From: a virus
Strand: one strand, 5' to 3'
Virus record (IMG/VR): IMGVR_UViG_3300048839_001709
Coordinates: 3,604-67,603 of that record
DNA: 64,000 bases
In this document: piece after piece, positions 47,722-55,823 of the stretch
How positions within the stretch are numbered: position 1 is the stretch's first letter
Layout: every line of letters starts with the position of its first letter
Position numbers and translations under genes: made by a program
The notes under the pieces: model-generated
The model's database searches: none
Told to the model about the DNA's origin: nothing
What the model saw: only the letters and a program-made list of their open reading frames with translations

Positions 47722-48798
47722 TTATTTTTCATTCAATACCGAGTTGACAATATGTTGACAATCGGGCAGCGAATTGACGATCCGAATCAGGTCTTGATCG
47801 TTCACCCGCGCATACCTTTCCTGTACCGTGGAAGCGAAGGCCAAATCGCGTCCGTGGCCAAGTAAAATCTTGCGGTAGATTTCATCCACGCCGGCGCGTA
47901 GCAATTCGGTTTGGAACGAAGCCCGCAAATCGTGCATCCTGAATTTGATTCCCGATTCCTTTTGCGCCAGGCGAATGGCCGAGTTGATTCTGGTGATCGT
48001 CTTTTTGCGATAGACGATGATTGGCCCCTTCGTTTTACGTTCGCCGAATGCCGGCCACAGTCCTTCGCGGATCGGCACACGCCCGACCTTCTTTTTACTC
48101 GCGGCCTGTTCCTTGTTCGGGTAAATAATTCCATCCTCGGTGATCTGCGACCAATCCAGGGCCAACACCGCGGCATGGCGCAAACCGGTAAATCGCGCAA
48201 TCAGAAAAGCACGGCGAACATGCTCCTCGCGTCCTTGGCAAATGGCCAGCAAATCGTCGTCGGTGATTTCCCGCTGAATCACGTTTCGCTCCGGGAGCCT
48301 TTTGATAAACGTGCAGGGGTTGTGCGGCGGGACAAGTTTTCCGGTTCGATTACCAAAATTATACACGGCGGAAAGCAAGGCAAGTTCGCGGTTCACCGTC
48401 GCCGGTTGAATTACCTTGCCGTGTTTGTTCTTTTCCTTGGCCCGCCGATGCTGATACCGCGCCACATGCTCCAACGTGATTGCCTGCGCCGGTATTGCGC
48501 CGAAAAAATCGAGAAGGTGTGCGGATCGGCTTTCGTCGTCCTTCCATGATTTTTTCGTTTTTTCGCTGTATTTCAGGTAGTCGGCAATCAGATCCTTGAA
48601 AAGAGAATCCTTGGAGCGGCGTCCCAGATACATTTCCTCGTACAGATCCTCGCGCATTTGGCGCTCGATCGCATCGGCCATGCCCTTGGGACAATAAACC
48701 ACGCGGCGCTTGCGGCGGGTCTGTTCGTCCTTGGTCACGCAGACATCCACCTGCCAGCCCTTGGTTCCGTCTTTTCCTTTGTATCGTCGAATCGGCAT
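47722..48798 (-). CDS. int: Phage integrase (tyrosine recombinase with arm-binding N-terminus)
   Basis: ATVNRELALL, TGLR, HDLR, LLGH, RY; adjacent att. Confidence 0.92.
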   Translation of the reverse strand: MPIRRYKGKDGTKGWQVDVCVTKDEQTRRKRRVVYCPKGMADAIERQMREDLYEEMYLGRRSKDSLFKDLIADYLKYSEKTKKSWKDDESRSAHLLDFFGAIPAQAITLEHVARYQHRRAKEKNKHGKVIQPATVNRELALLSAVYNFGNRTGKLVPPHNPCTFIKRLPERNVIQREITDDDLLAICQGREEHVRRAFLIARFTGLRHAAVLALDWSQITEDGIIYPNKEQAASKKKVGRVPIREGLWPAFGERKTKGPIIVYRKKTITRINSAIRLAQKESGIKFRMHDLRASFQTELLRAGVDEIYRKILLGHGRDLAFASTVQERYARVNDQDLIRIVNSLPDCQHIVNSVLNEK

Positions 48799-48809
48799 TG
48801 TCGTTTTTC

Positions 48810-49265
48810 TTACCTGTTTTCTTCCGCTTTCTGATACCGTTTCATCAATTCCGGGTCGAAGGCAAAATGCAGCAGGGCTTTGGCGTGGCCCTCGGCGATC
48901 ATCGTTTCTGCGAAAAACGAACCATCGGGCAGAATCACATGAGCCAGCAGGCGCCGGTATCGGTCGCGGTGTCCGATGCCGATGTTGGCCGGATCGAGGC
49001 GCAAAAATATTTTTTTTCCGTCCAACAATTCGCGGGCGCGGGCCGTGGCTTCGATGGCTCCGGACTCCGGTTTTCGGTCACGCTTTCCCATTTCCGGAGA
49101 ATCCATGCCGATGATCCGCACATTTTCATCGATGCCGGATTCGGCCAGGCGCACATGGATCGTATCGCCGTCCACCACATGGGTTACCGTGGCGGAAAGA
49201 TCGCCGGCCGCAACGGGTAGGGCGAGGAAAATGAAAAAAAGAATGATTGATATTTTATTCATCAC
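48810..49265 (-). CDS. Secreted thermonuclease (SNase family)
   Basis: Signal peptide; VVDGDTI, VRIIGMDSPE, DRYRRLLAHV. Confidence 0.9.
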   Translation of the reverse strand: MMNKISIILFFIFLALPVAAGDLSATVTHVVDGDTIHVRLAESGIDENVRIIGMDSPEMGKRDRKPESGAIEATARARELLDGKKIFLRLDPANIGIGHRDRYRRLLAHVILPDGSFFAETMIAEGHAKALLHFAFDPELMKRYQKAEENR

Positions 49266-49342
49266 CTAAATCGTCATACTCGAAACCAACGCCAGCCGTC
49301 CCAGCGTTGCGAAAATAAGCGCACCGCCGAGCCGGCTTGATT

Positions 49343-49972
49343 TTAGAGCCGGGTTCTCAGTTCCACGGCTCGACCCAACACCTGGTTCCGTTCGATTTCC
49401 AGCGGCGGAAAGTCTCGGTTGTCGAACATCAATATGTAACCACTTCCTAATTTTTTTATCCGCCCCAGCCGATTTTGCATGCGGCCGGCGCTTTTATTTG
49501 TAGCTGTAGTCAGAACGAGAACGATATCCCCATCATCCCACGCGACCGCAGGGTCGATTACGACGATGCCGTTATCCTGAATTGTTGGTTTCATCGCGTC
49601 GTAACCGGCCATTTTGAGCGCATATGCTCGCGGGCTTGCATGCCCAGCGTCAATTCGTTCCAAAATCATTTCATCATTCTCCCCGTCACGGTATTGCTCA
49701 GCGGTGCGCCAATCGATTACGGGGATTGTGCGAGAACGATCTATCGGGTAGTCGGCATCCGTGCCGAACAACAGCCAGGAAGGGGAAACTCCGGTTGCGG
49801 AGCAGATTTTCTCAATAGAATCACCATCTAATCTGGCAATTCCACGACGAAACCATGATGTGATTGTTGCATGGCTAATTCCAGTAAAATCGGAAAATTT
49901 ACTAATCCGACCATGTTTTTTGCCAAAACGATCAGATATCAATATGTCAATTCTTGTTAATATGTCTGACAT
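49343..49972 (-). CDS. CI-like repressor (HTH plus S24 domain)
   Basis: N-terminal HTH, VSPSWLLFG; C-terminal S24-like (AMKP in place of SMxP, so autocleavage uncertain). Confidence 0.85.
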   Translation of the reverse strand: MSDILTRIDILISDRFGKKHGRISKFSDFTGISHATITSWFRRGIARLDGDSIEKICSATGVSPSWLLFGTDADYPIDRSRTIPVIDWRTAEQYRDGENDEMILERIDAGHASPRAYALKMAGYDAMKPTIQDNGIVVIDPAVAWDDGDIVLVLTTATNKSAGRMQNRLGRIKKLGSGYILMFDNRDFPPLEIERNQVLGRAVELRTRL

Positions 49973-50002
49973 ATCAGGTATTTATGAGTACCCCCATAAA
50001 AT

Positions 50003-50055
50003 TCATGCCTATGCACGAAAAAATACTTGACAACATCGTGCCATTGCATGATACT
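50003..50055 (+). promoter_or_regulatory. Early promoter TTGACA-N17-GATACT (50027-50055) with two operators TCRTGC-N4-GCAYGA (50003-50018, 50036-50051)
   Basis: Dyad operators between divergent repressor and early operon. Confidence 0.75.
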
Positions 50056-50095
50056 GCCCACAGTCAACGAAACACACGCAACGCACGAGGAAACA

Positions 50096-50500
50096 ATGAA
50101 AGCAAATAGCGAGCCAGAATTGAAGAAGCACATCATCGTTCCGATTTCATGTTTGGCCGGATTGGTCGATTCCGGCGTTATTTCAGCAGCAGAAGCTCGC
50201 GAAAGCGTTTTGTCGCGCACGTTCGCTCCGCTGAGACCGCAGCTTTTACTTGAAGCGCTGCTGACGATTCGCGGCTTGGAAAACGGCGAAGAACTAATCG
50301 CGCAAATGAAGGCGAACCTGCTCGATCGCATCATCATCGAAGTTCGCCCCGACAATCCCCATAAATACAAAGAGGAAAAAGGACGGTTAATCGACGAGTT
50401 AATTTCCGATGTGACCGGCAAATACGGCCCCGGTTCCGAGATTTTCCAGGAGAGACAAAACATTCTCGTCCATCTCAATGAAGAAGAGAAATCGGAATAA
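50096..50500 (+). CDS. First early gene, hypothetical
   Basis: GAGG RBS after promoter. Confidence 0.65.
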   Translation: MKANSEPELKKHIIVPISCLAGLVDSGVISAAEARESVLSRTFAPLRPQLLLEALLTIRGLENGEELIAQMKANLLDRIIIEVRPDNPHKYKEEKGRLIDELISDVTGKYGPGSEIFQERQNILVHLNEEEKSE

Positions 50501-50525
50501 CGATGAAGGCGGCATTCGTCGATCA

Positions 50526-50693
50526 TTACAGTTTCACCACTTCGTATGTTGCCTCGGTTTTTTTTTCGATTATCCGCAAATCTTTTTGCACTTCGTCAAA
50601 CGCTTCGTCGAAAGACAACTCCGGTTTGGCGGCAAGTTTCAGGTACACACAGGCCAATACGGCAGCCGAGTCGTCCGAATGAAAGTCAGTCAT
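50526..50693 (-). CDS. Small antisense-oriented protein, paralog A
   Basis: AGGAGG RBS; VLACVYLKLAAKPELSFDEAFD. Confidence 0.65.
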   Translation of the reverse strand: MTDFHSDDSAAVLACVYLKLAAKPELSFDEAFDEVQKDLRIIEKKTEATYEVVKL

Positions 50694-50719
50694 TGATAAC
50701 CTCCTGAAAGGGTAGAGAG

Positions 50720-50920
50720 ATGAAAGCACAAAGCGAGCCGAAGCAGAAGCGCGACGGCTTCATTGCCCGGTTTTTCATTCGGGTGATTTCGCGCGGAATC
50801 GAAAAAGGAATGTGTGCGCACCAGAATAATCTTACGCGCTCGCAAAGAGAATTTTGGAAAAAGCATTGGGAAAATAAAAAGCGAGAAGAAGCCAAGGCGG
50901 CAGAGGAAAATAAGCAATGA
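50720..50920 (+). CDS. Hypothetical basic protein
   Basis: Operon context. Confidence 0.5.
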   Translation: MKAQSEPKQKRDGFIARFFIRVISRGIEKGMCAHQNNLTRSQREFWKKHWENKKREEAKAAEENKQ

Positions 50921-50927
50921 AATTGCA

Positions 50928-51116
50928 TCATTCCTCATTCTCGCTTTCATCTTCATCATCGTCCGTTTCGGCGAAAAAACGCTCGGCAATCGCTTTTTCA
51001 TTTTTTTCGAACATATCGACGGCTTCTTCAAATTTAATTCCAGGATTAGCCAACATGCACAGATACACCAAGGCAAGTACGTTCAAAGAGCCGTCTTCCA
51101 ACGCAGATACTTTCAT
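50928..51116 (-). CDS. Small antisense-oriented protein, paralog B
   Basis: GGGGG RBS; VLALVYLCMLANPGIKFEEAVD. Confidence 0.6.
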   Translation of the reverse strand: MKVSALEDGSLNVLALVYLCMLANPGIKFEEAVDMFEKNEKAIAERFFAETDDDEDESENEE

Positions 51117-51167
51117 CGCAAACCCCCGAACCAGTTTGTCTTTCAACCCCATCAGAAGGGCCGAATA

Positions 51168-51431
51168 ATGACCGAAATCGACAAAAGCGAACTTACCACA
51201 CAAACCGCACAGGCGGCAACCGCCGTCGATTCCGACGACGATATCGATTTCGTGACCACCGGCGAGGCTGCGGACATTCTGCGGTGCAGCGATCAATCGA
51301 TTCGGCGGTACGTGGAGATGGGTTTGCTGCGCGATTACCGGCACAACCCGAACCGGGGACACCACAAATTGAATCGTGCCGAAGTCGAAAACGCCAGACG
51401 CAACGGCTTGCCGAAGCTTGGCGCTCGGTAA
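51168..51431 (+). CDS. HTH_17/excisionase-like protein
   Basis: VTTGEAADILRCSDQSIRRYVEMGLL. Confidence 0.8.
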   Translation: MTEIDKSELTTQTAQAATAVDSDDDIDFVTTGEAADILRCSDQSIRRYVEMGLLRDYRHNPNRGHHKLNRAEVENARRNGLPKLGAR

Positions 51432-51447
51432 CTGGAGGATGTCGGCA

Positions 51448-51765
51448 ATGAAGAAAGCCGAGAAAAAACGGAAACAGTATCCAGGATGGCTGCCGCGATC
51501 CTTCGACATGGAAACGGCGCACGAATATTCGGGTTTGCCGCTCGGAACCATCGAACGGCTGATCAAAAGCAACGTGCTGCCGCATCGCCGCACCATGCCC
51601 TTCGCCGCGGATCATTTCACCAGCAACAAAGTAGGGCGGAAAAAGGGCGTGATCATCATCGAGCGGCGCGATCTGGATGCGTATCTCGACAGCTTGCCGC
51701 GAATGGCCGGTAACTTTTCAGTCGATGCCGGGGCGCAGGCAAAAAAAACGGGGACAGGGCAATGA
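51448..51765 (+). CDS. Excisionase-like HTH protein
   Basis: ETAHEYSGLPLGTIERLI...IERRDLDAYLDSL. Confidence 0.7.
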   Translation: MKKAEKKRKQYPGWLPRSFDMETAHEYSGLPLGTIERLIKSNVLPHRRTMPFAADHFTSNKVGRKKGVIIIERRDLDAYLDSLPRMAGNFSVDAGAQAKKTGTGQ

Positions 51766-52019
51766 AAATCATCGTTTTCACTCTGATCGTTTTCATCGTT
51801 TGCGCGTTTCTGATCGTCAAATTCGATCCATTCACGCGAATTTGCGAGGGGCCGCAAAACGACTACGACATTCGCTGCACGGACGATTTTGTGGAATTGG
51901 AAGGCATTTACCACGATGCCCGCCTGCTGCAGGTCAACGGCGTCTGGCAGGTGACCACAAACAACGGCCATATCTACTACCTGCCTTTGGCCCACTGCGC
52001 CGTGGGGTACTACGAATGA
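51762..52019 (+). CDS. Hypothetical protein with N-terminal TM/signal
   Basis: Overlapping operon packing. Confidence 0.6.
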   Translation: MKIIVFTLIVFIVCAFLIVKFDPFTRICEGPQNDYDIRCTDDFVELEGIYHDARLLQVNGVWQVTTNNGHIYYLPLAHCAVGYYE

Positions 52020-52183
52020 AAAAGCACAAAACCAAGCGGGTGATCCGCATGTTCAGCGGGAAAGCAAAGGATTTCGACAAATTCAAGGCCGATCTGCTTT
52101 CCCGGTACGGCGATCAAACCACAATCGCTGAAATGAGCGAACTGCTGACCCAGGCAAAGGAAAAAACGTGTGCGATTCGATGA
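52016..52183 (+). CDS. Small hypothetical protein
   Basis: ATGA overlap. Confidence 0.55.
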   Translation: MKKHKTKRVIRMFSGKAKDFDKFKADLLSRYGDQTTIAEMSELLTQAKEKTCAIR

Positions 52184-52526
52184 ACCAGAACATGCCAAAA
52201 ACATCGCCGCGCAACTGGCCGGCATGGTCGATCAATCGCGGCTGCTGTGGGAATTGCAGGTCGAGGCACTCCGCGACTGGTGCGAAAGCACCTGGTGCGA
52301 AAACACATTCGATTGCTTTTTCGTCGATTGGCTGGTCGAGGAACTTGCCGACGAAAAACGCCGTGATCTGGAAACGCTGGTCGAGGATTGGCTGTGGAAA
52401 AAACGAATTGATTGCCCGATGTGCGGCGGCGAAAAAACCGTTACCTGCATCGACGAATCAAGGATATCGAGCAATTACGAGCAGCCGGCAGATTACGACG
52501 CTCCGTGTCCGCTTTGCTGCGGCTGA
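52170..52526 (+). CDS. Zn-ribbon hypothetical protein
   Basis: CPMCGG...CPLC. Confidence 0.65.
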   Translation: MRFDEPEHAKNIAAQLAGMVDQSRLLWELQVEALRDWCESTWCENTFDCFFVDWLVEELADEKRRDLETLVEDWLWKKRIDCPMCGGEKTVTCIDESRISSNYEQPADYDAPCPLCCG

Positions 52527-52546
52527 GTAACCAAGAAGTTCGATTC

Positions 52547-53250
52547 GTTCTTTCAAAACTGAATTTGTGGAGACGCCTTCGGTGGGACAAAGGCAGCCCG
52601 AAGAGAAGGGGTAGGCGCTCGGTCGAGCGTATCGACCAAAGCAGACATGACCCTCCATCTTTACTCCGATCCTAAGAGTGGTTGCATGAAAATTGGTAAC
52701 GCAATTTGAACATAGATTCCTTCCTGCCAGCCCTCGCCGGACAACTGCCGGTCTTCGGTTCGAATCCGAACGTCTCCATAACCCACACGAAAGGCGGCGG
52801 TCGGGCGGATCGACGGCGCGAAGCTAGGGATAACCTGCTTTTGTCAGGTTCAGATTGAAACGCTTCGCCGGATTTTTTCACTGAGCCAATCCGCAGACCG
52901 CCGCTGAAGAAACAGATACCGGAGCCGCATGGTGGACCTTCCACCTGCTGAAATTAAGGGGCGGCGATGCGCCCATACCCCATGGTTGCCGCCCCTCTTT
53001 TTGAGAACAGATACCGGAGGCGATGGTCGGAAATGACAGTGCTATCAAGAAATGAATCATGGTCGAATAGGTTAGCTGCCAAAGCTGTCGTTTCTCCCGG
53101 GTCACGCCGGGGCCTCCGATTATTTTTTCCAACGGTGGCGGCTGGTTCCGCTTCGAGCCGTCGAGATTCAGCAAACCCGATGATCGCAAAGCATAACGAT
53201 GGTTTCCCCCGCACATCGAAACGCCTGGGCTTTGCGGAACCGGCCCAGGC
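52547..53250 (+). ncRNA. Candidate structured ncRNA array with boxA-like leader and tRNA-like domain
   Basis: GTTCTTTCAAAACTGAAT; GGAGACG/CGTCTCC stem with T-arm TTCGG-TTCGAAT-CCGAA; three more long-range closed domains; no convincing ORF. Confidence 0.6.
52957..53002 (+). terminator. Intrinsic terminator-like hairpin
   Basis: AGGGGCGGCGA...TTGCCGCCCCT-CTTTTT. Confidence 0.6.
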
Positions 53251-53297
53251 TCCCCTGCAAACGCAATTATCAATCCAAACGAACGGAGGCAAATTAG

Positions 53298-54593
53298 ATG
53301 AGTAGTAAATTTCCGCAACCGACAATGCCGCGCAACGACGACACGGCAGAAGCCCTGGTGCGCGAGGGCAAAACCTTGCAGCGAATCGAGACGCCGTACA
53401 ATACCGCAGTCTCCGTGCAGAAACCGCGCAATTTCAATCAATTTATCGAGAAAGTAAAAACGGAAGCATCCTACGCCGGTGAATCGTTTTACTACCGCTG
53501 GCCGGTGAAAAAAGACGGCAAGGTAAGCGGATATGTCGAAGGCGGAAGCATCGGCATGGCGGCATGTCTGGCCCGAAATTTCGGCAACTGCGTGGTGAAT
53601 ACGACGATCACCGAAGAAAATAGCCGCGAATGGGAATTTGCCGCCGATTTCATCGATCTGGAAACCGGCTTCACCATGCGCCGCCTTTTCCGGCAGCGCA
53701 AATCGCAAAACATCGGCAAAAAATACGACGACGCCCGCGCCGAAGACATGGTTTTCCAGATCGGGCAAAGCAAGGCGCAACGCAATGTGATCTTGAAAGC
53801 CATGCCGGAATGGCTGGTCGACGAGTGCATGGAAGAAGCTAAAAGTCAGGAACTTAAAAAAATTCAATCGATGGGTCTGGTACCCGCCCGCGACAAAACA
53901 CTTCAAATCCTTCAACAAAAATATGGAGTCGAACAAGCGAGAGTTCTGGCAATTTTCGGTTATGAAAACGTCGAGCAGATCGGCGCGGATCAACTGGTCG
54001 AATTGAAGGGCATGATCCAAGCCCTGAAAGAAAAGCACAATACGGCAGAAGAACTTTTCCCGCTGATCGAAAAAAAACCGGAACCCACCGTCGAAGAAAA
54101 AAAAGCGCAGAAGGCCGAGGAAGAAAAAGCAGCCGACGTGCTTCCCGACGACGAACCGAAGCAGGAAAAGAAAGAGGCTCCGCAGCCGCAGGCGAAAGCC
54201 AAGGAAAAGACCGGCGAAGAAAGCCCGCCTCAAAAGCGCTACAACGACCTGTGCGAAAAATACGGACGCAAGGCGGTCAATTCCATTTTGAACAGTTTCC
54301 CCGTTCCGTTCGAGAAAATGTCGGATGGCGAGAAGAGTTCCGCTCTGGACGAAGCAGAGGACACCCTCGGCGGCGAAAAAGAAGAAGAACCGAAACAGGA
54401 AGAAGGTATCCCCGAAACTCACGAACGAATCACCGAAATGGCCAATCGCTTCGGCAGCCGCGACAAGGTGATTGCCGTTTTGCACAATTTGCATCCGGCA
54501 TTCGACAACTACTCCGACGAAGCCAAGCACAATGCTTTGGACATGACCGAAAAAGCCCTGGTCAAAAAATACCCCCCGAAAACGAAGGCTTAA
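53298..54593 (+). CDS. Putative ssDNA-annealing recombinase
   Basis: YYRWP...VEGGSIGMA...FIDLETG...SKAQRNVIL; paired with exonuclease. Confidence 0.6.
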   Translation: MSSKFPQPTMPRNDDTAEALVREGKTLQRIETPYNTAVSVQKPRNFNQFIEKVKTEASYAGESFYYRWPVKKDGKVSGYVEGGSIGMAACLARNFGNCVVNTTITEENSREWEFAADFIDLETGFTMRRLFRQRKSQNIGKKYDDARAEDMVFQIGQSKAQRNVILKAMPEWLVDECMEEAKSQELKKIQSMGLVPARDKTLQILQQKYGVEQARVLAIFGYENVEQIGADQLVELKGMIQALKEKHNTAEELFPLIEKKPEPTVEEKKAQKAEEEKAADVLPDDEPKQEKKEAPQPQAKAKEKTGEESPPQKRYNDLCEKYGRKAVNSILNSFPVPFEKMSDGEKSSALDEAEDTLGGEKEEEPKQEEGIPETHERITEMANRFGSRDKVIAVLHNLHPAFDNYSDEAKHNALDMTEKALVKKYPPKTKA

Positions 54594-54599
54594 TCGAAG

Positions 54600-55823
54600 A
54601 TGGCACGATACGACCGCAAAGCCGTTCTCAGCGTGTCCTCGGTGGATGAATTCGCGGAATGCGCACATCGTTGGTATCTGCGCTATTTGCAAAATGTGCA
54701 GCCGCAGTTTTCTTCGACCGAGGCTCGCCGTGGAACGGATATACACAATTTGCTCGCCGAGTATGCCCGCAAAACGGTTGCTCGGCGGGCAAACCCTTCC
54801 GAACTGTTTGACGACGACTGGCGCCGCATGGTCGATGATCTGCTGGCGATGATCGCCGAAAGCGAACAACCCGAATACGCCGTGCTGGTCGATGCGATCG
54901 AGAAACGCTACGGCAATCCGCCCGAGTTGCTTCCTGCCGATGCGACAAAGGCACTGGTGGAGCATTCCTTCGTTTTTCGCGCCAATGGCAGCCCGGTTCG
55001 CCGGCGCGATACCAGAACGCAGATCTGCTTCGGTTGCACCGTCGACCTGCTGTACTTTATCAATGGCGGAACCACGGCGGTTCTGCGCGACTACAAAACC
55101 GGCCGCAATTGGGAATACGGCCAACTGCTGGAAAAAGACCGGCAGATGTCGATGTACGCCCACGCGGTCACGCAGTTTTTCCCCGATGTGGCCGAGATCG
55201 TTATTGAAAAAGACAACTTGCGATTCGACTACGGCCTGATTCGATCGGTGTTTGCGCGAGAAGAATTCGAGGACAAATGGCGCGATGTGGTCGCCTGGAC
55301 CATGCCGATTTTTGCCCGAATCAGCGAGCTGGAAAAGGGCGGCGATCCACGCGAGGTATTTCCCACCAGCCCCGACGATTCGTTCTGTTCCTGGTGCCCG
55401 GTGCGGGCGCATTGCCCCGATTTCAACCGCTTGCCGATGATTCCCGAGTCGGTAACCGATTTGACCGACCGCAGCGCCATGACCGCGCTAGCCCTGCAAC
55501 TGCGTAGGGTGAAGCAATCCATCGGCAAGGTGGAATCGGCAGTGCGGAAATACATCGAAGAGGAAGGCCCGATCGAGACCGAGGGCGAAGTGCTGGACAT
55601 CATACCTTCCACTCGCCGCGATCTGGATAAGACCAAGGCCGTGAAGATTCTCCAGCAGCACGGAGTTCCCAAGAGCGCCATTTTCGCGGCAATGACAATG
55701 CCGCTGACCGCGATGGACAAGCTGACCAAGGGCAAGGAACCGGAAAAGAAGGCTCTGCGCCAGGCGATCAAGGAAGCCATTTCCTACAAAACATCCGCCA
55801 CGATGGAGTGGAAAAGCAAATGA
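54600..55823 (+). CDS. PD-(D/E)XK (Cas4/RecB-like) exonuclease
   Basis: SVSS...C, GTDIH, VDL...DYKTG, Q..MY, CSWCPVRAHC. Confidence 0.88.
   Translation: MARYDRKAVLSVSSVDEFAECAHRWYLRYLQNVQPQFSSTEARRGTDIHNLLAEYARKTVARRANPSELFDDDWRRMVDDLLAMIAESEQPEYAVLVDAIEKRYGNPPELLPADATKALVEHSFVFRANGSPVRRRDTRTQICFGCTVDLLYFINGGTTAVLRDYKTGRNWEYGQLLEKDRQMSMYAHAVTQFFPDVAEIVIEKDNLRFDYGLIRSVFAREEFEDKWRDVVAWTMPIFARISELEKGGDPREVFPTSPDDSFCSWCPVRAHCPDFNRLPMIPESVTDLTDRSAMTALALQLRRVKQSIGKVESAVRKYIEEEGPIETEGEVLDIIPSTRRDLDKTKAVKILQQHGVPKSAIFAAMTMPLTAMDKLTKGKEPEKKALRQAIKEAISYKTSATMEWKSK

Larger units (their letters stand above)
47501..47761. other. attP region with arm-type repeats GTTGACAAYATRTTGACAA (47501-47519, 47743-47761)
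   Basis: Paired direct repeats flank the tRNA-derived core, adjacent to int 3' end. Confidence 0.75.

Noticed and set aside
52569-52778. tmRNA or standard tRNA
   Set aside because: No G3-U70 pair, no evident tag reading frame, too short for tmRNA; no D or anticodon arm at tRNA spacing
52878-55412. 844-aa minus-strand ORF
   Set aside because: Antisense shadow of the recombinase and exonuclease genes
52911-55823. CRISPR-like system from the 14-bp repeat plus Cas4-like nuclease
   Set aside because: Only two short repeats 95 bp apart and no other cas genes; the nuclease pairs with an annealing protein as in phage recombination modules
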